64,000 nt of DNA, taken from Thalia democratica (lineage: Eukaryota). Where the stretch lies: NCBI GenBank assembly GCA_965202585.1, contig OZ241832.1:51150001-51214000 (forward strand), in the 5' to 3' direction. The position numbers and the translations under genes were made by a program. Shown piece by piece: positions 1-13,447 of the stretch (positions are counted from its first letter, which is position 1; each line of letters starts with the position of its first letter). The notes under the pieces were generated by a model. It had not been told where the DNA came from. It searched no databases and saw nothing but the letters and a program-made list of their open reading frames with translations.

Positions 1-274
1 GCGGACAACGAAAGGTAAAAGTGCAATCCGCGATCATATTTTTTATTTTCAATCGGATGCGGTCCATGAAAGGCATAACTTACACTAAATATTCTGAAGC
101 TTGAACTTAAAAGCGAAAAAAAAATGTTTATAGGTAAAATTTAAGGGAAACTTAAAACATTCACGAGACTATATAACTTGGAAAAGTAAAAAAAATGAAC
201 TTACAACTGTTACCCCACGACAAATTTTGTTTTAGAAATTTGGTCTGTGACCATCAAATGCCTGCCACTCCCTA
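1..274 (-). mobile_element. hAT (Charlie-like) MITE, cut by the window start
   Basis: Its reverse complement aligns along its length with the TIR/TSD-bounded element at 17767-18048 (shared GACCAAATTTCTAAA and TAGTGTAAGTTATxCCTTTCATGG). Confidence 0.7.
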
Positions 275-1789
275 GTTTATCAAAACTTAAGTAGTTATGA
301 ATATTCTATACTGGTATTTGTACAGGAGAACTTTGAGAAATTAATTTTACTACTAAGTTTAAAACCTTAAAAAACTATAAAATTTTACAAAACCGAAAAA
401 AAAAATCAAATAGTAATAGAAAACATTTTTTTCTTATGTGTTTCCTAACTGTTAAATACTTAATCACTATTTATTTTTTGTTTCATAAAAATTTATTATA
501 CCTGATAGATGTATTTTGATTTTGTTTTAAAAATTTTTTCTTAAAGTATGTAAATACATACATAGTACCGTAGTTTAAATAAATGTGTGAATAATTCTAA
601 GACTTATAAAGCAAATAAGACTTATAAAACTTTTTATTTTATAAATTAGTTGTTTTCAAATAAGCTGAAAGCATTATATAAAAATACTTTCTGTTTTAGT
701 TAGTTTAAATAGTAGCAGTTGCTGAAAATTAACTAAAACAAAAAATCAAAACGATGTAAATAAAATAAATAAGTAAAACGGTTTAAGAACTTCCGAAAGC
801 TTACTCTAAGTTTTTTATCTACCTTGAAAATCTTTTTTTTTTTTCAATTATCAAGAAAAAGCGCTAATCTACTCGGGTTGTTACTAAATTATGTATTAAT
901 AGTTGTGAAACTGACAAGTAAGCTGCTATTTTATCTCCAAATTTTATCTAGATATAGTACTAGTATTTACTTATTTTCAATTAATTTAAATTTAGCTAGA
1001 AAATTTTGTTTTACTCAGAATAGTGTTTTCTTTACGAAAAAAAATTGAAAATTTATGTTTTTATAATGCTGTTACAATACTTTTACACATGTTTATATAC
1101 GTTTATTAAAAGTTAGTTTAAATAAGTACGATCTATATAAAAAGGTTAGAAAAAAAAATTACAACACTTTAAACTTTTTAACATAACATAAAAATAATTT
1201 CAATACATTAAAACCAGATATGTTTCATATTATTATCATCAGTGGTTACATAGCAGTAAATATAAAGTAAAAGTGAAATCAAAATAGTCAAACCTTAAAA
1301 ACAAAACATTAACCAATATACTAGTTATAATCAATGTTACTTAAACACAATATTATAAAAGCTAAAAGCCTAAAAAAACATTAAGTAAATAAAGCAATAC
1401 TACATTTAAATTCACTTATCCTACATAGAATTCGTTTTCTATTCCAAATGCAGATAACCTCCATTTTACTTAATTGAAAAGTGTTAAAACAACTTTTTAT
1501 CAATACAACTATTTCCAAATAAAAATTTAAAGCACAACTTTGATTATTCACTAAATTTTCAGCAATGGACGATCTTTTAGCCGTTATGTACTCCGAATTA
1601 TCTGGGTCTCTAGCTTTATGTGAAACCGCCTCTGCAACAGGTTCGGCAGTTTTGACAGGAGCCAGATTAGCAGTAGCTTAGGGGCCATCTTTGTCTTTAG
1701 TTGCTAAGAGAGGGTTTAAGAGCTTTGTTTGTATTATTTATTTAATTAAAGGTTAGTTTAAATATAGACTAACAAATATCTATATGCTT

Positions 1790-2514
1790 TGTTATACATC
1801 AAAATGAAAGGCACAATAATAAAAGTTTATTACTTTAGACTTTAGAGACTTCTTGCAGTTCACGATTCTAACTGTGCAGTAACAATTGCTTGCTCGTGCA
1901 GTTTATTGGTTCAGAACGTAGTGACTAATACTTCATCGTTGACACCGGATGTAGAGCGCGCGAGATAAAAAGACACAATATTGAAATGAATAGATGAAAG
2001 ATAAAAGTAATAAGTGTATGCCACCGAAGCGTGGGCTTATTCGTGGAGTTCAATGTTCAAATTGACCCAAATTAGAAGCTGTTGCTGGAGGACAGCTTGT
2101 CTGCTACAATATGCGTAGGCTTATGATTATGGCACGTTAACAACTCAAACAGAGTTGTACGCCCCGTCGACGTTGTCAAATAGGTATAAAAATGTATATA
2201 GAACAAAATATAAAAACTACGAAATTATGAAGTAAAATACAAAGTAAATGTTTTTACAAACAAACAAATACTTGAATAAGAAGGTTTTGCCGGAGATCAT
2301 CTAGCTTTTCCAAGATGGCGGCTTACGGTCAAAGCGCTAAGTGACGTGGAGCTGCTTTCTTCTTGACATGAAGTCGGTAAGACTTTCTCTTTCATTCGCT
2401 CGGCTGCTTATATACATCTCGATTGCATAACAGTTCGCATGATCAAGGCATGATTCTAATTAAAACATACTAATTGAAGCATGATACCCGGCGTGATTGG
2501 TAGTTAATTCTACA
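1790..2514 (-). mobile_element. LTR-like / promoter-like island (possible solo LTR)
   Basis: GC- and CpG-elevated island with TGT...ACA ends. Read on the minus strand: CCAAT (2496-2500), TATATAAG (2407-2414), full YY1 motif CAAGATGGCGGC (+2311-2322), AATAAA about 35 nt before the end. No TSD, PBS or PPT recognised. Confidence 0.35.
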
Positions 2515-5500
2515 TGGCATTAAGGAAAATACGTCAACTAGCGGTTGTTATTATTTGTCTGAAAAAATGTTTTTAAAAAAGAAAGTGTTTTTATCATTTC
2601 TAGAATTATTGATAAAAGGATTTAAAAATGAAATTATTTATAAACTCGACTTTTGGACTATCGAAGCAAAATTATAAAATTTTCACGTCGATGTCCAACA
2701 ACCGCGTTCACAACTTTTATAGCTTTATTTCCTTTTTCCTTCTAAAATGACCTCAGTAACACTCATCGTTCACGTTCATTTGAAAGGGGGGAGTCAAAGT
2801 CGTGCTGAAAGTTTAATTTTAAACAGATATAAAATAATAATAAAATATTATAGTTAAGTAAAATTAACTTAATTACTTATTTCACCTGATGGTTATTTTG
2901 TTTATATTTTTGTAATTAATCAAATTTGATTGTAACTAGTATACTTGTTAATTTTCGGCGTAACTAAACTGTGATGTATTAAAGGCCTGATTATCTTATT
3001 TTTACTTTTACTTTATATCTATTGCTATGTAAATATAGATAAAAACAGCGTTAAGTGTATTTCATTTCAAGACTCTTTTTATATACTCTTATAACAATTG
3101 ACTTGACTTCAAATGTTCGTATTATTATAGTTTGAAAAAACTAACAGTTATAAATAATCTTATAATTATTTATAATTTAAGTACTTATTTAATACAGTGT
3201 AAGTATTTTTTAAGATTAAAGCTTATCATAAAATAACAACTTTAATTAAGTATTTAATTTTATTATTGTTTCTTTACAATTACTAGTTTAATGCTTTATG
3301 ATTACTGTTATCATGACTAACTTAAATTTTATAATATAGATTTTGATAATCCTTCTGTTTTAAACAGTTTTGCTTGTCTTATTATAATCTTATATAAACA
3401 AGTTAAAGCTTTAGAATGAATTTGTAGGTTAAAAATGGGTTTATCATTCTTCTCAGCTGTTGATTAATATATACAGACGTACTTAATTTTAATAGACATA
3501 TCTTATTGATAATGTGACCAGCTTTATTTCGTTTTTGTTGAAAGTTTAAAGTAAGAAACTATTTTAAAAATATTGTACGAACTGTTCTAAATATATGTGT
3601 TGAATTGAAAATTTATTAACAAAGGTTTAAACAATAAACTTTGAAGTTTTTTGTTTGGTTACTACTTATTTTTACTTCAGTATAACGTTAATATCTGTTA
3701 AGTGCAATACAGTGTAATATTTATTGCTTCTACAACTAAAGTTAGCTGAAAACAGATTAGTTAAGATTAGTTAAGATCATTTCCTCAAATATATTTTGAA
3801 CTAAATGATATACAAAACCTTTTAAGATTATCAAAATAGCTCATACATTTTCGTCTTTATTTACTAATGATTCTTTTTTAAAGAAAGAAATAAAAAGGTT
3901 AATAACTGTTCCATTAAAGTTAAACTTAAATTATCGTTGGTTTATTATACTCGTTTAAATTCTTAAACCATGTGCTTGATAAAAAGCTATCAGCCTAAAC
4001 AAGTTGCATAAAGTTACTTTCTACGTTGATTACTTTAAAACAAGCAAATGAAACATTTTTTTATTTTTCTGAAAACTTTATACGAATGAAAGTAACTAAA
4101 ATTAATACTCATATTAAACGACTATAAATATATGCTGCACAGAGCCGAATTGTCTAAAAGGGCAGTGCTTAAAATCTTTTGATATTTCTAAAAGTTTCTG
4201 TAAATTATATACTCAATAAACTTTTGTTACAAATTTTGACTAAAGCACGGTATGACACAGATTCTACAGTTCATATGAAAGTTATGCAGTTTCTAGTGTT
4301 TTTTTTTTGTTTTTTCTACTTTATGAAATATAACAAAACAATTGTTTTAAATTAAAAAAAAAAAACTAATTTAGTTTTAATAAATAAAAGTGATTTAATA
4401 TTCGTTTTACAAAAAAAAATAACATTTTGCTTTTTGTTCTAAAATACAAGCACATACTTAAAGTAAAAAAAAATTATTGTAATATTCGAATGTTGATAGT
4501 TTTATACCAATCTTATACTTCACCATAAATGTTGGCTGACGTAAGGTTTAGCAATGTACGGTACATTAATAAAAAACATCTTACCCGCGACGTACCTTTT
4601 AGCTTGAAAAGAAGTTGCACTGAACAAATAACTTTTAAGCTATTCATAACAAATATCTATGAATTTTTTTTTTTCTGATTTTCAGTGCACAGTTGTAATA
4701 CTTATAAAAGATTATTTTAGTATAAGTTTTTAATTGAAGAGTTTTAAAAATTTCATAACCCATACAATTTTCAAATCTTACGAAGCCCGCGAAAGACCTT
4801 TTTTTCTAAGTTTGGTCCGCTGATTTTAAAAGTTTTTCGACCCAGACTTATTAGTAGTCACATTTTTTTTCGGATAAAAAGTTTAATACACAGTTTTTAC
4901 AATATGATGAACATAGTTTTAAATTAACTATTATATATTTGCTTTCTTTTCGAAAGTTTAGATTTATAAGCTACTAGTACAGTTCAAATAAAGTTTAATA
5001 TTTAGTAAGCAATATTTTTATTATTTAACTGATGCACAAACATTTCCTTAAGAATATTTTTGTTAACGTCGGTTATTAAATGGTTTCTTATAAATTCAAG
5101 TTGCGATCTTTCTAAACAAATAGCTTTAAACTGACTAAAATTAACATATTATGTAGTTTTTATTTTAGTTTACTGATAACTTTTGTGTTTAAATTTTTTT
5201 TATTGTTACTTAAAATAAACTCCTTCTACTGACGTAAAATAGCATTTTATACTTATTTTGTACTTTGTTTGTAGGTACAAAAGTTAAATAAAGTTGTTAA
5301 ATTATATTTTAATTTTATAAGTTTGCATAATGTTTAAGCTATACTTAACTGCTTGAAAAGTTTTTTGTGTGAACTTATGTTATACTGATCATAAAAACTA
5401 TAAATTTATTTTTGAATATATTTTGTTTAGTTTACTTTTAAAATGAAAAATTCAACGAAAATACAATATTTTGAGTATATTAGTACAAGTGTTTCATGTG

Positions 5501-5699
5501 GCTTATGGCTAAAATTTTCAGCTACTTGAATTAAAAATAAAGACTCAAATGTGTTTTACAGCACATTAGAGTAGTAATAAAATTAAAAAAAAAAAACAGA
5601 AAACGACGTAAGTTTAATTTTTTTCATAGCGTATATTAGTGCAAAGTGAAGATTAATCTTTTGAAATATGTCTGACTCTGTTTCATATATATACATATA

Positions 5700-6290
5700 T
5701 ATATATATAATTTATTGAAATGACGATTTTAAAAAAGCTGGAACATATGTTTCATAAAGACAAAAAAGATTGTCTCTAATCTTCAGCCAGTTCAAATTTA
5801 AAATAAAAAGCACTTTGGTAAACAAAGATACAAAAGTTTACAAAAAAAACAAAAACAATATGACGTAAGAATTGACAATTCTTACGTCATATTGTTTTTG
5901 TTTGTATTTATATATATAAAATAAGGTTATTATTCAAACTTGAACTCCTTCTCCTGAGCCCACTTGAAGGGCTTTTAAATAATTTATTGAAATGTACGAT
6001 TTTGAAAATACTGGTACATATTTTTCATAAGACAAGCACAGTGCATTTCAATTCGAGCTTTAACTGCGGAGGATTACAAACAATTTTTTGCTTGTAAGTA
6101 ACATATGTTATGCTTTTTATAAATCAAATATTTGTAATAAACTAAGTAAACATAGTTTTTGCAAATTGTCAAATTCAAAAAAAAAGTACATTTGTTACAT
6201 AAAGCTAAATGCTTTAATCCTCAGCTGTCAAAGTTTGAACTGCAATGTGCTTTACTTTGAACACAAAAAAAAATCACTATGACGTAAATA
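5700..6290 (+). repeat. Two degenerate copies of a (TA)n-associated repeat ending in an A-tract + TATGACGTAA
   Basis: TAATTTATTGAAATG...TTTCATAA(A)GACAA occurs at ~5708 and ~5980; TATGACGTAA at 5859 and 6278; (TA)n runs flank the units; CTGAGCCCAC is shared with 23187. Confidence 0.55.
5847..5903. repeat. Perfect palindrome, 28-bp arms, 1-nt spacer
   Basis: AAACAAAAACAATATGACGTAAGAATTG-A-CAATTCTTACGTCATATTGTTTTTGTTT, checked base by base. Confidence 0.95.
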
Positions 6291-6988
6291 TGAAATTTTG
6301 TAGTGGACAAATTTGACATATATATTATATTTATATATATATTTTATTAATTAATTTTAATCATTAAAATAACAAAATACATACATTTAACAAAAAAAAA
6401 ATGTTCTGCAGTAATTATATTTAAGTGTCAGTATTTTATTTTAGTTATGATCAATTTCGTCGATTTATCCAAGAATAATGCCAGAAAAGGTTATCAAGAA
6501 AATATTTCAAAACCTTTTAGTAAGTTTTCTTTACAATGTGTGACAAAACCAGTTTTAATTTATATCTAACTGTTTATTTAAGCACATTAAATGAGTTTCA
6601 ATTAGCACATACGATGGAATATTAAATAATATTTTGACTGCAATAACTCTAAGCACTACCAAAAAAAAACGTTTCTAAAATTTAGATTAATAATAAGTTT
6701 TTATGTTAAACAAACTAACGTGCTTTACATTTATATTTTATTTAAACTAACTGAGCATTTTACAGTGTTTTAATAGAATATAAAAATTTAATAGCATTAA
6801 TAAAAATTTGATTACAATCGATCAAGTTTAAAAATTTCAGTGCTAAACTAATTTTATCTAATTAAAAGATTATAAAAGTTTAAACGATAGAAAAAACTTG
6901 ATCAATATTTTTATTTTTTGAATATTTTTTAGGTGAAACAAAGAAAACAAAATCTGAATTTATAACAGCTTTGAAACTGAACAAGCTC

Positions 6989-8365
6989 ATGATGAAAGGT
7001 GATATAAACCCAAGCATTTACAAGCACTGTCAAGCTAAAATAACTGTTGAAAGTTCTCACTTGTTTTATACGCTGGCTAAAATCTACAAACTAGACAAAG
7101 TTGCTGAATTTTCACTGAGTTATATGGTTCGTTGTTTTCCAATGGTAGTTGAGACTCAAAACTTTTTACAGCTAGACTTTGAGATTATTGTAAAATTACT
7201 TGCAAGTTCTGAACTAGATATTCACTCGGAAGTTCAAGTATTCAATGCAATAAACCAATGGATAAATTACAATTTTAAAGAGCGTATTAAGTATGCGAAA
7301 AAACTGTTACTAAAAGTTCGTTTTACACTGTTATCTGACGCCAGTATAGATTATCTTTTAAACAGATCTTCATCATTTGCCGGAAACAGTGAATGTGTTG
7401 ACATGTTTAAAGAAATTTTAGAAGGCGAGAAAACTTTACTTCGAAATAAATCGTTGAGTTACTACACCGGAAGATATTGTAACCAAGATAAATTTAACAT
7501 GTTGATTTGTGGTGGACTTTATTTAAAATCTGCTGCTCACGTGGCAAGAGTCAAACAAATTAATGGAACAAACTTTAAGGATGTTAACGATCTTTCCTCA
7601 ATGCTAAAAGTGCGGATATGCTTCAAAGCAGCTTCTTTAAAAGGTGAAGTTTACGTGTTTAGTGGTTATGACAAAGATGAAAAAGACATAGTGTCTGTTG
7701 ACAAGTATTCACCTTCTGCTGACACGTGGAGCGAGGTGGCTGACAGGTTTGACGACCGCAAGCACTTTTGCATTTGCCCGTTCATGGACAGCATATACGT
7801 TTTTGGCGGGTACTACAAGACCATTGACGATTTCGACGTTGATGACGTTTCGGATTTCGTAACGGAGTCTTGTTTGCAGTTTAACGCGGCGGAAAGACGC
7901 TGGAAAGAAGTTTGCGGCATGGATGAAAAGAGACATTACGCCGATTGCGTGGCTTTCCAAGGAAATGTCGTTGTTGCGGGCGGAAGCGATGGTAAAGAGT
8001 TTAGTTTGAAATCAGTGCATTCGTACGATGTTTTCGCCGATAAATGGACGTCGATGCCCGACATGATCAAGCGCAGAATTTATCACAACTTAGTTGTTGT
8101 AAAAGAAAGATTGTTTGCTGTTGGAGACGGAGTTGACAACTGTGAAGTTTTTGACAACGTTGGTAAAAAGTTTGTACTTCTAAAGTCGCCGCACGACATT
8201 TTTTCTAACAGAGCTGTGTCGATTGAAAACAAAATAGTGATCGTTCAACAAATAAAACCGAATGTTATTTGTTATGATGCTAACGAAGATGAATGGTCTG
8301 AAGTTCCTTGCGATTTAACTGATAACATTATGTATTTTTCAACCGTTAAAATACCTTGGCATTAG
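6989..8365 (+). CDS. Kelch-like protein (BACK domain + Kelch beta-propeller, no BTB), single coding exon, 458 aa from the first ATG
   Basis: BACK motif FLQLDFEIIVKLLASSELDIHSEVQVFNAINQWI; Kelch repeats with GG doublets (ICGG, VFGG, VAGG) and conserved Trp (DTWSEV, RRWKEV, DKWTSM, DEWSEV). The frame is also open back to an acceptor TTTTTTAG at 6931-6932, so an upstream exon cannot be excluded. Confidence 0.9.
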   Translation: MMKGDINPSIYKHCQAKITVESSHLFYTLAKIYKLDKVAEFSLSYMVRCFPMVVETQNFLQLDFEIIVKLLASSELDIHSEVQVFNAINQWINYNFKERIKYAKKLLLKVRFTLLSDASIDYLLNRSSSFAGNSECVDMFKEILEGEKTLLRNKSLSYYTGRYCNQDKFNMLICGGLYLKSAAHVARVKQINGTNFKDVNDLSSMLKVRICFKAASLKGEVYVFSGYDKDEKDIVSVDKYSPSADTWSEVADRFDDRKHFCICPFMDSIYVFGGYYKTIDDFDVDDVSDFVTESCLQFNAAERRWKEVCGMDEKRHYADCVAFQGNVVVAGGSDGKEFSLKSVHSYDVFADKWTSMPDMIKRRIYHNLVVVKERLFAVGDGVDNCEVFDNVGKKFVLLKSPHDIFSNRAVSIENKIVIVQQIKPNVICYDANEDEWSEVPCDLTDNIMYFSTVKIPWH

Positions 8366-9204
8366 TATAAGTATTTAAATTTAGCTTATTAATAGCTTAT
8401 TTATAAATTTTAAACTGATAAAAATAGTTTTCGCGTTCTATTCCTTTACATTGCGAATTAATACTATATCGAACGTGTAAGTAAATACTTTTTGGTTTGT
8501 TTTATATAAAAAAATATTTCAGATTTATAACCATCAGGAAAATAAAGTGTGTGCTTTTAAAACAGCTTTTTGTTTGTGCTACTCTACAAAAACGCTTACT
8601 AAAATAATATTTCATGTTCTAGTTTTGTAATAAACACAAATTTCTTTCCTTCATCACGTTAATGCTTTATATGTAATGTTGTGAAATATTGGTTTAGTTT
8701 AGTTTAAAAAAGAGGAAGATATCTAAAAAACACTGCAAATTAAAAATTTAAGGAGCAAAGTATGGAAAATTATAAAAAATTAATATAGCTGACAATTTTT
8801 TTACGTTAAAATTAACATGTACAAGTTCATAGTTTATTCTTTCAAGACTTTAATTAGCAAACTAAGTTTCGATCAAAGACCTCGTCACCACTTTTATAAA
8901 ATCTAAAAAGAATGTTTAATCCGAATATTTTACAACATAATAACAATAGCATGTAATAAATTCGGTAACTTTTTAAGCTAAAACTGTAGTTAGTGTAAAG
9001 TTTAAAATTTTGGCTAATGCTAGTTTAGTATAGGTTAAAACAAATAAAACTATCAAGATACTTCCATACAGATTAGCCCATGATTAAGCAACAAATAAAT
9101 TGTTTTAAAGCTCATTTCATCTGAAAGCAACAAAAAATTAAATTGGTTTTAAATATAATTGCGTATACTAGTTAAAATTTTTATGTAGAATAGAGAGATA
9201 TTTA

Positions 9205-9292
9205 TTGAACAAAACAAAAAATTGCTCAACATTTATTGGTTCAAGGACTTAGATACACAAAAAGACCTTTCGGTCATCGAGTTGCATATCCG
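9205..9292 (-). repeat. SINE-like dispersed repeat, partial copy
   Basis: Reverse complement contains ACTCGATGACCGAAAGG...AAGTCCTTGAACC...TTGAGC, matching the family consensus. Confidence 0.5.
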
Positions 9293-10339
9293 ATTTAATC
9301 AAAATTATAATGATAAACAAAAAAAGAAAAAAAATTACAGTCAAAAATTAAACTCTATGAAAAACGAAACTATTAAACTTTACAACATTAAATATTTTTC
9401 TTAAAAAATACCCAAGGAAGTTAAAAGAATTTTAATATAATAGTATCTAATATTATAAATACATAAAATATATATTTAACTCTACGTTAAAAGAAAAAGT
9501 TTCAATCTGAAATGTTTTTAACTTTAAAATTTAACAATAATTTAAGCAAAAAATTTAATCTTTATATGATTTAAAAAAAAGGAAAAAAAATTAAAATAAT
9601 TAATAAACTTTAAGTTTTATTTTTAAGTATGTTTAAGAATTTAGATTCTACTATTATCTTACTAGAAAAAAGTAGTTTTAAGTAAAGCTACAATATAAAG
9701 ACAAATATGACAATAAATAAGTAAATAAAATAAATCTACAATATTCAAAAAAAAAAAGTAAAATAAAGCTGTATCCAATAAAAAAACAGGAGAAAAAAAG
9801 ATATTGCTTAAACTAAATAAAAAGTATATAATAAATATACTCTTTTAATAATAACTATCAGTTTTTACAAACTTGAACTAATGTCTAGATATAGGAGTTT
9901 AACTAAACCAAAATAATAATATAAACAACCACAAAAAACACCCAAAATAGTAAACAAGTTTTTTTCTTTGAAAAAATTTTTAAATAAATAAGATAAAAAA
10001 CAATAATCATTAAATAAGTCAACCTATTACTAGTTTCAAATTTTAACCTCTTGGTTTAAATATTTAATTTTCTTTTTTTTTTGGCAAAAATATGTTTGGA
10101 TATTAATATTTTATTTAAACAGATAAAATGTAGACTATTAAATGAAATGGTTTACTAATACACTTACAAACTACAAAAAAAAACATTTTACAACTTTCTA
10201 CAAACTACACTGGACCAATGCTATTGAAACCCACTTAATATACTCAAAAATAACATAAAAAACCTACTCAGATGAAAAATGAATATTTATCTACTGTTTA
10301 TAAACAAAAACAAAAGTTCCTGTTCATCTTATGTAAATG

Positions 10340-11900
10340 CTATTGAATTAGTTGATCATTTACTAAATCATCCTTTAGTTCAAACTGAAACCTTCCAAGA
10401 TGGCTTTGGTCAATAAACTTAATAGGTAGGTCTGTCCAAAGCCTACTGACTTGATAAGCTTGTAATTTATAACTATTACTGCTTTTAAATCTAGGTAAGA
10501 AAAAAATTGTTTTTGAGGACCTTGTTGAATGGCTATTTATTTTAGTTATATTTTTAAAGTAACACTTAAAATTTAGTGGTAAAAAACTACGTAAAAACTT
10601 GAACATAAAAACTACCAACTCATATTTGAATAATTTTTCAACAATTAACTTTTCTTTTGTTAATTTCAAACTTCTTACACTCTCGTTGTACTTATTATAG
10701 CGAATGCATCTGAGTGCTTTATTTAAGATTATATTGATTTCATTAACTTTTTTTTTTATTGGTTCTACCCCAGTATAAAAGACCATACCTTATATAACTC
10801 ATAAAAAGTAAATTAAAAATTAAGTATGAAGATTTTCCATTTAAAAAGTACTTTGTTTTATAAAGAACACCGATTGCCTTTAATAATTTACCTTTTACCA
10901 TTTCAATATGTTCCGCCCAACTTAAGTTATTAAATATTTTTACTCCTAAGCACTTTAATTCTTTATCATTTTTACAATTGTTTTACCTATTTTGACACAA
11001 AATCTTATGTTTTTTCAAAAAGTTGTTTTAGCTGGATGAAGTACAGTACTTCTAGTTTTACTTTAATTGATTTAAGTCTGTTTTCTTCATGCCAACTTGA
11101 TACATTTTGAAGTTCAAAACTAAGTTTGTCACTGTCTTGTAAACATGTACTTTTATTAAATGTTCTATACAGTAAAGTATCGTCTGCAAAGTTTAATACT
11201 TTTAGCTAGTAATGTTTTGTAGGTCAATAATGTGCATGGGAAATAAAAGAAGTCCTAGGACTGAACCTTGTGGTACTTCTACGTAAACTTTTTAACGTAT
11301 TGATTCATACCCACAGAAATTAATATACTGTTCCCTTTCAGTCAAGTAAGATTTAATTAACAATTGCATTTTCCCTATTACACCATAACATTCTAATTTG
11401 TTTAGCAAAATCCTTCTATCAGCACTGTCAAATGCTTTACTTAAACCAAGTTATAACGCACATACTGCTTTTCCCTTATCAAACCTGTTCAGAACATCTT
11501 CTACAAATTCAAACAAAGCCATGGTAGTAGAGTTGTATTCTCGAAAACCAAATTATGAATTATTTAAAGTAATGTTTTTAGTAAAAATGCTATATAAACG
11601 ATTGTAAATTACTTTTTCAAGTATTTTATTTAAGTTAAATAATATTGAGATAGGTCTATAGTTGCTCTGTAACTTTGTTGATCTTGATTTGAATATTGGA
11701 ATTATTTTTGCTAATTTTAAACTATTTGGATATTTACGTTCGTAATATACTTGATTAGTCAATTCACTTTAAACTTAAGACACAGGACTGTTGATATTTT
11801 AAAGAATTTTAATTGAGATATTATCATAACCATTATATTAGCCTTGTTTAAATCTAAGTTTTTATAACGTTAAAGCAAAGAACTTTTTGTGGTTTTTAGT
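10340..11900 (-). pseudogene. 5'-truncated, decayed non-LTR retrotransposon RT (L2/CR1 group)
   Basis: Minus-strand translation: YPNSLKLAKIIPIFK, NYRPISIL, KILEKVIYNRL, FGFR..ST, LSKAFD, VPQGSVLG.LLF, FADD, W.EHI..V..KL.K.IG.LYK, YG.LYWG. Several stops and frameshifts. Confidence 0.92.
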
Positions 11901-13356
11901 CAAAGCGTAAATGAAGATTATGATATCACTTTTTTGAAGTTCCAATGTTTAAAAAACTCTATTTATTAACTTTTAAATTTTATTACTACTATTGTTGTGT
12001 TACCTATGCTAATTCTTCTTTAAATATTTTTTTTTATGCCACATGAATTCATGTAACTCTAAAAAACAAACTTAAAATCTAACTTTAAAAAATATTTTTA
12101 GTAACTAAGCCACCATTAAACTTCTATACTTAGTATAAAACATATTAAAACCATTCAAATAGCAACTCAGCATAAAATCACGTCCAAAACACAAACACAC
12201 TTAGATTTGAAGCGTATATTAGCTTTCTGTCACAGCTTACTAATGAGTTTTTATCAGATTTAACCGAACAAGATTGATTTTGGCTAAGTTTTGATAAGTA
12301 TCAAAATTACGAGCTTTTTATGTCACATTTGTGTAATAAGATAGGTTAATCACGTAAAAAACAAAAATGTTATTTTTGATAAAACAAAGCTTTTAAAAGA
12401 AACCACTAAGTTTATACAAAATAAAATAGTTTATGATTGGTTAGTACTAGCTACAAATCTTTAATCCAATTTCGGATAAATTTGAAAGATTTATATATAT
12501 ATATATATAAATTGGAATTTGGTAACATTGAAAAAAATATTGACCCTTTTTCCAATCATCACTAAACTGCAAACTGAAAAAAAACTAGATTGAGTTTCAT
12601 AATGTATCATTTTTTTAAGTTTATATTGTTTTTAGTTGAAAACCATGTTTTTGTTTTTAGTACTATGCAGTACGTTTCTAAAGAAAAGTAGTGAAAATAT
12701 ATTTAAACGTTTTTAAAAAACAATGGAATTTTTTCATTTATATTTCATTAATTTATATATTGTTACGTATTTTATTTTTTTATAAAAACTGCATAATAAC
12801 GTGTCAAAAATTTTTTAAGGTTAAATTTTTTAACATTATACAGTTTGACTTTTTTTTTACGCTTTCAAGTAAACACAGCAAACGATGTTTACTTTTAAAC
12901 ATATCACTGTTTTGTAAACATATCACTGGACTTTTATGTTAACTATTCAACTTTTTTTTTAAACGAACTACTAAATTTGTTGAATTTATTAACGATTCTT
13001 GCGATAATAAAACTATAAAATATCTCTATTTCACAGAAGAAAAAATATATAGTTTTAACTTTTAAAATTAAATTTCAAAAATAAAGTTCGCTCAAAAAGC
13101 TCATCAGTGCAATAGATAAACAATTTTGGATAACATAAAAGTCAAGGAAGATAAATTTTAAATAACCATAATCTAGGTCAAAAGTTAGGAAAAAAGTTAT
13201 TATCATAAAACAAAAGTTAAAAATATTTAATTTTTCACTCTTTTGTAGATTGAGAATTTTTTTACTTGAGTGTAAGTTATTTAATACAAAAATAAGATTC
13301 TAAGAGAACAGTTTTTAAAAGTCTATGTACTATATAAACTAAAACGTGTGATATAT

Positions 13357-13447
13357 TGTGTAGTACGACTCGATAACCGAAATGGTCCTTTGTACACTAA
13401 GTCCTTAGACAAAACTTTTTGAGCGCTTTTTTTATCGTTCAATAAAC
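13357..13447 (+). repeat. SINE-like dispersed repeat copy
   Basis: GACTCGATAACCGAAA...GTACACTAAGTCCTTAGAC...TTTTGAGCGCTTTTT...TTCAATAAAC matches the copies at 26944, 37482, 40571 and 57521. Confidence 0.6.

Noticed and set aside
1932-1949. FIVDTG, an aspartyl-protease-like motif
   Set aside because: Bounded by nearby stops, on the opposite strand to the LTR-like signals, and without other pol motifs.
2600-6900. Search for an upstream BTB-encoding exon of the Kelch gene
   Set aside because: No open, BTB-like segment with splice signals found by eye.
7709-7960. Antisense ORF in the Kelch gene; likewise 14798-15043 and 60674-61006
   Set aside because: Mirror frames of real CDSs with no independent signals.
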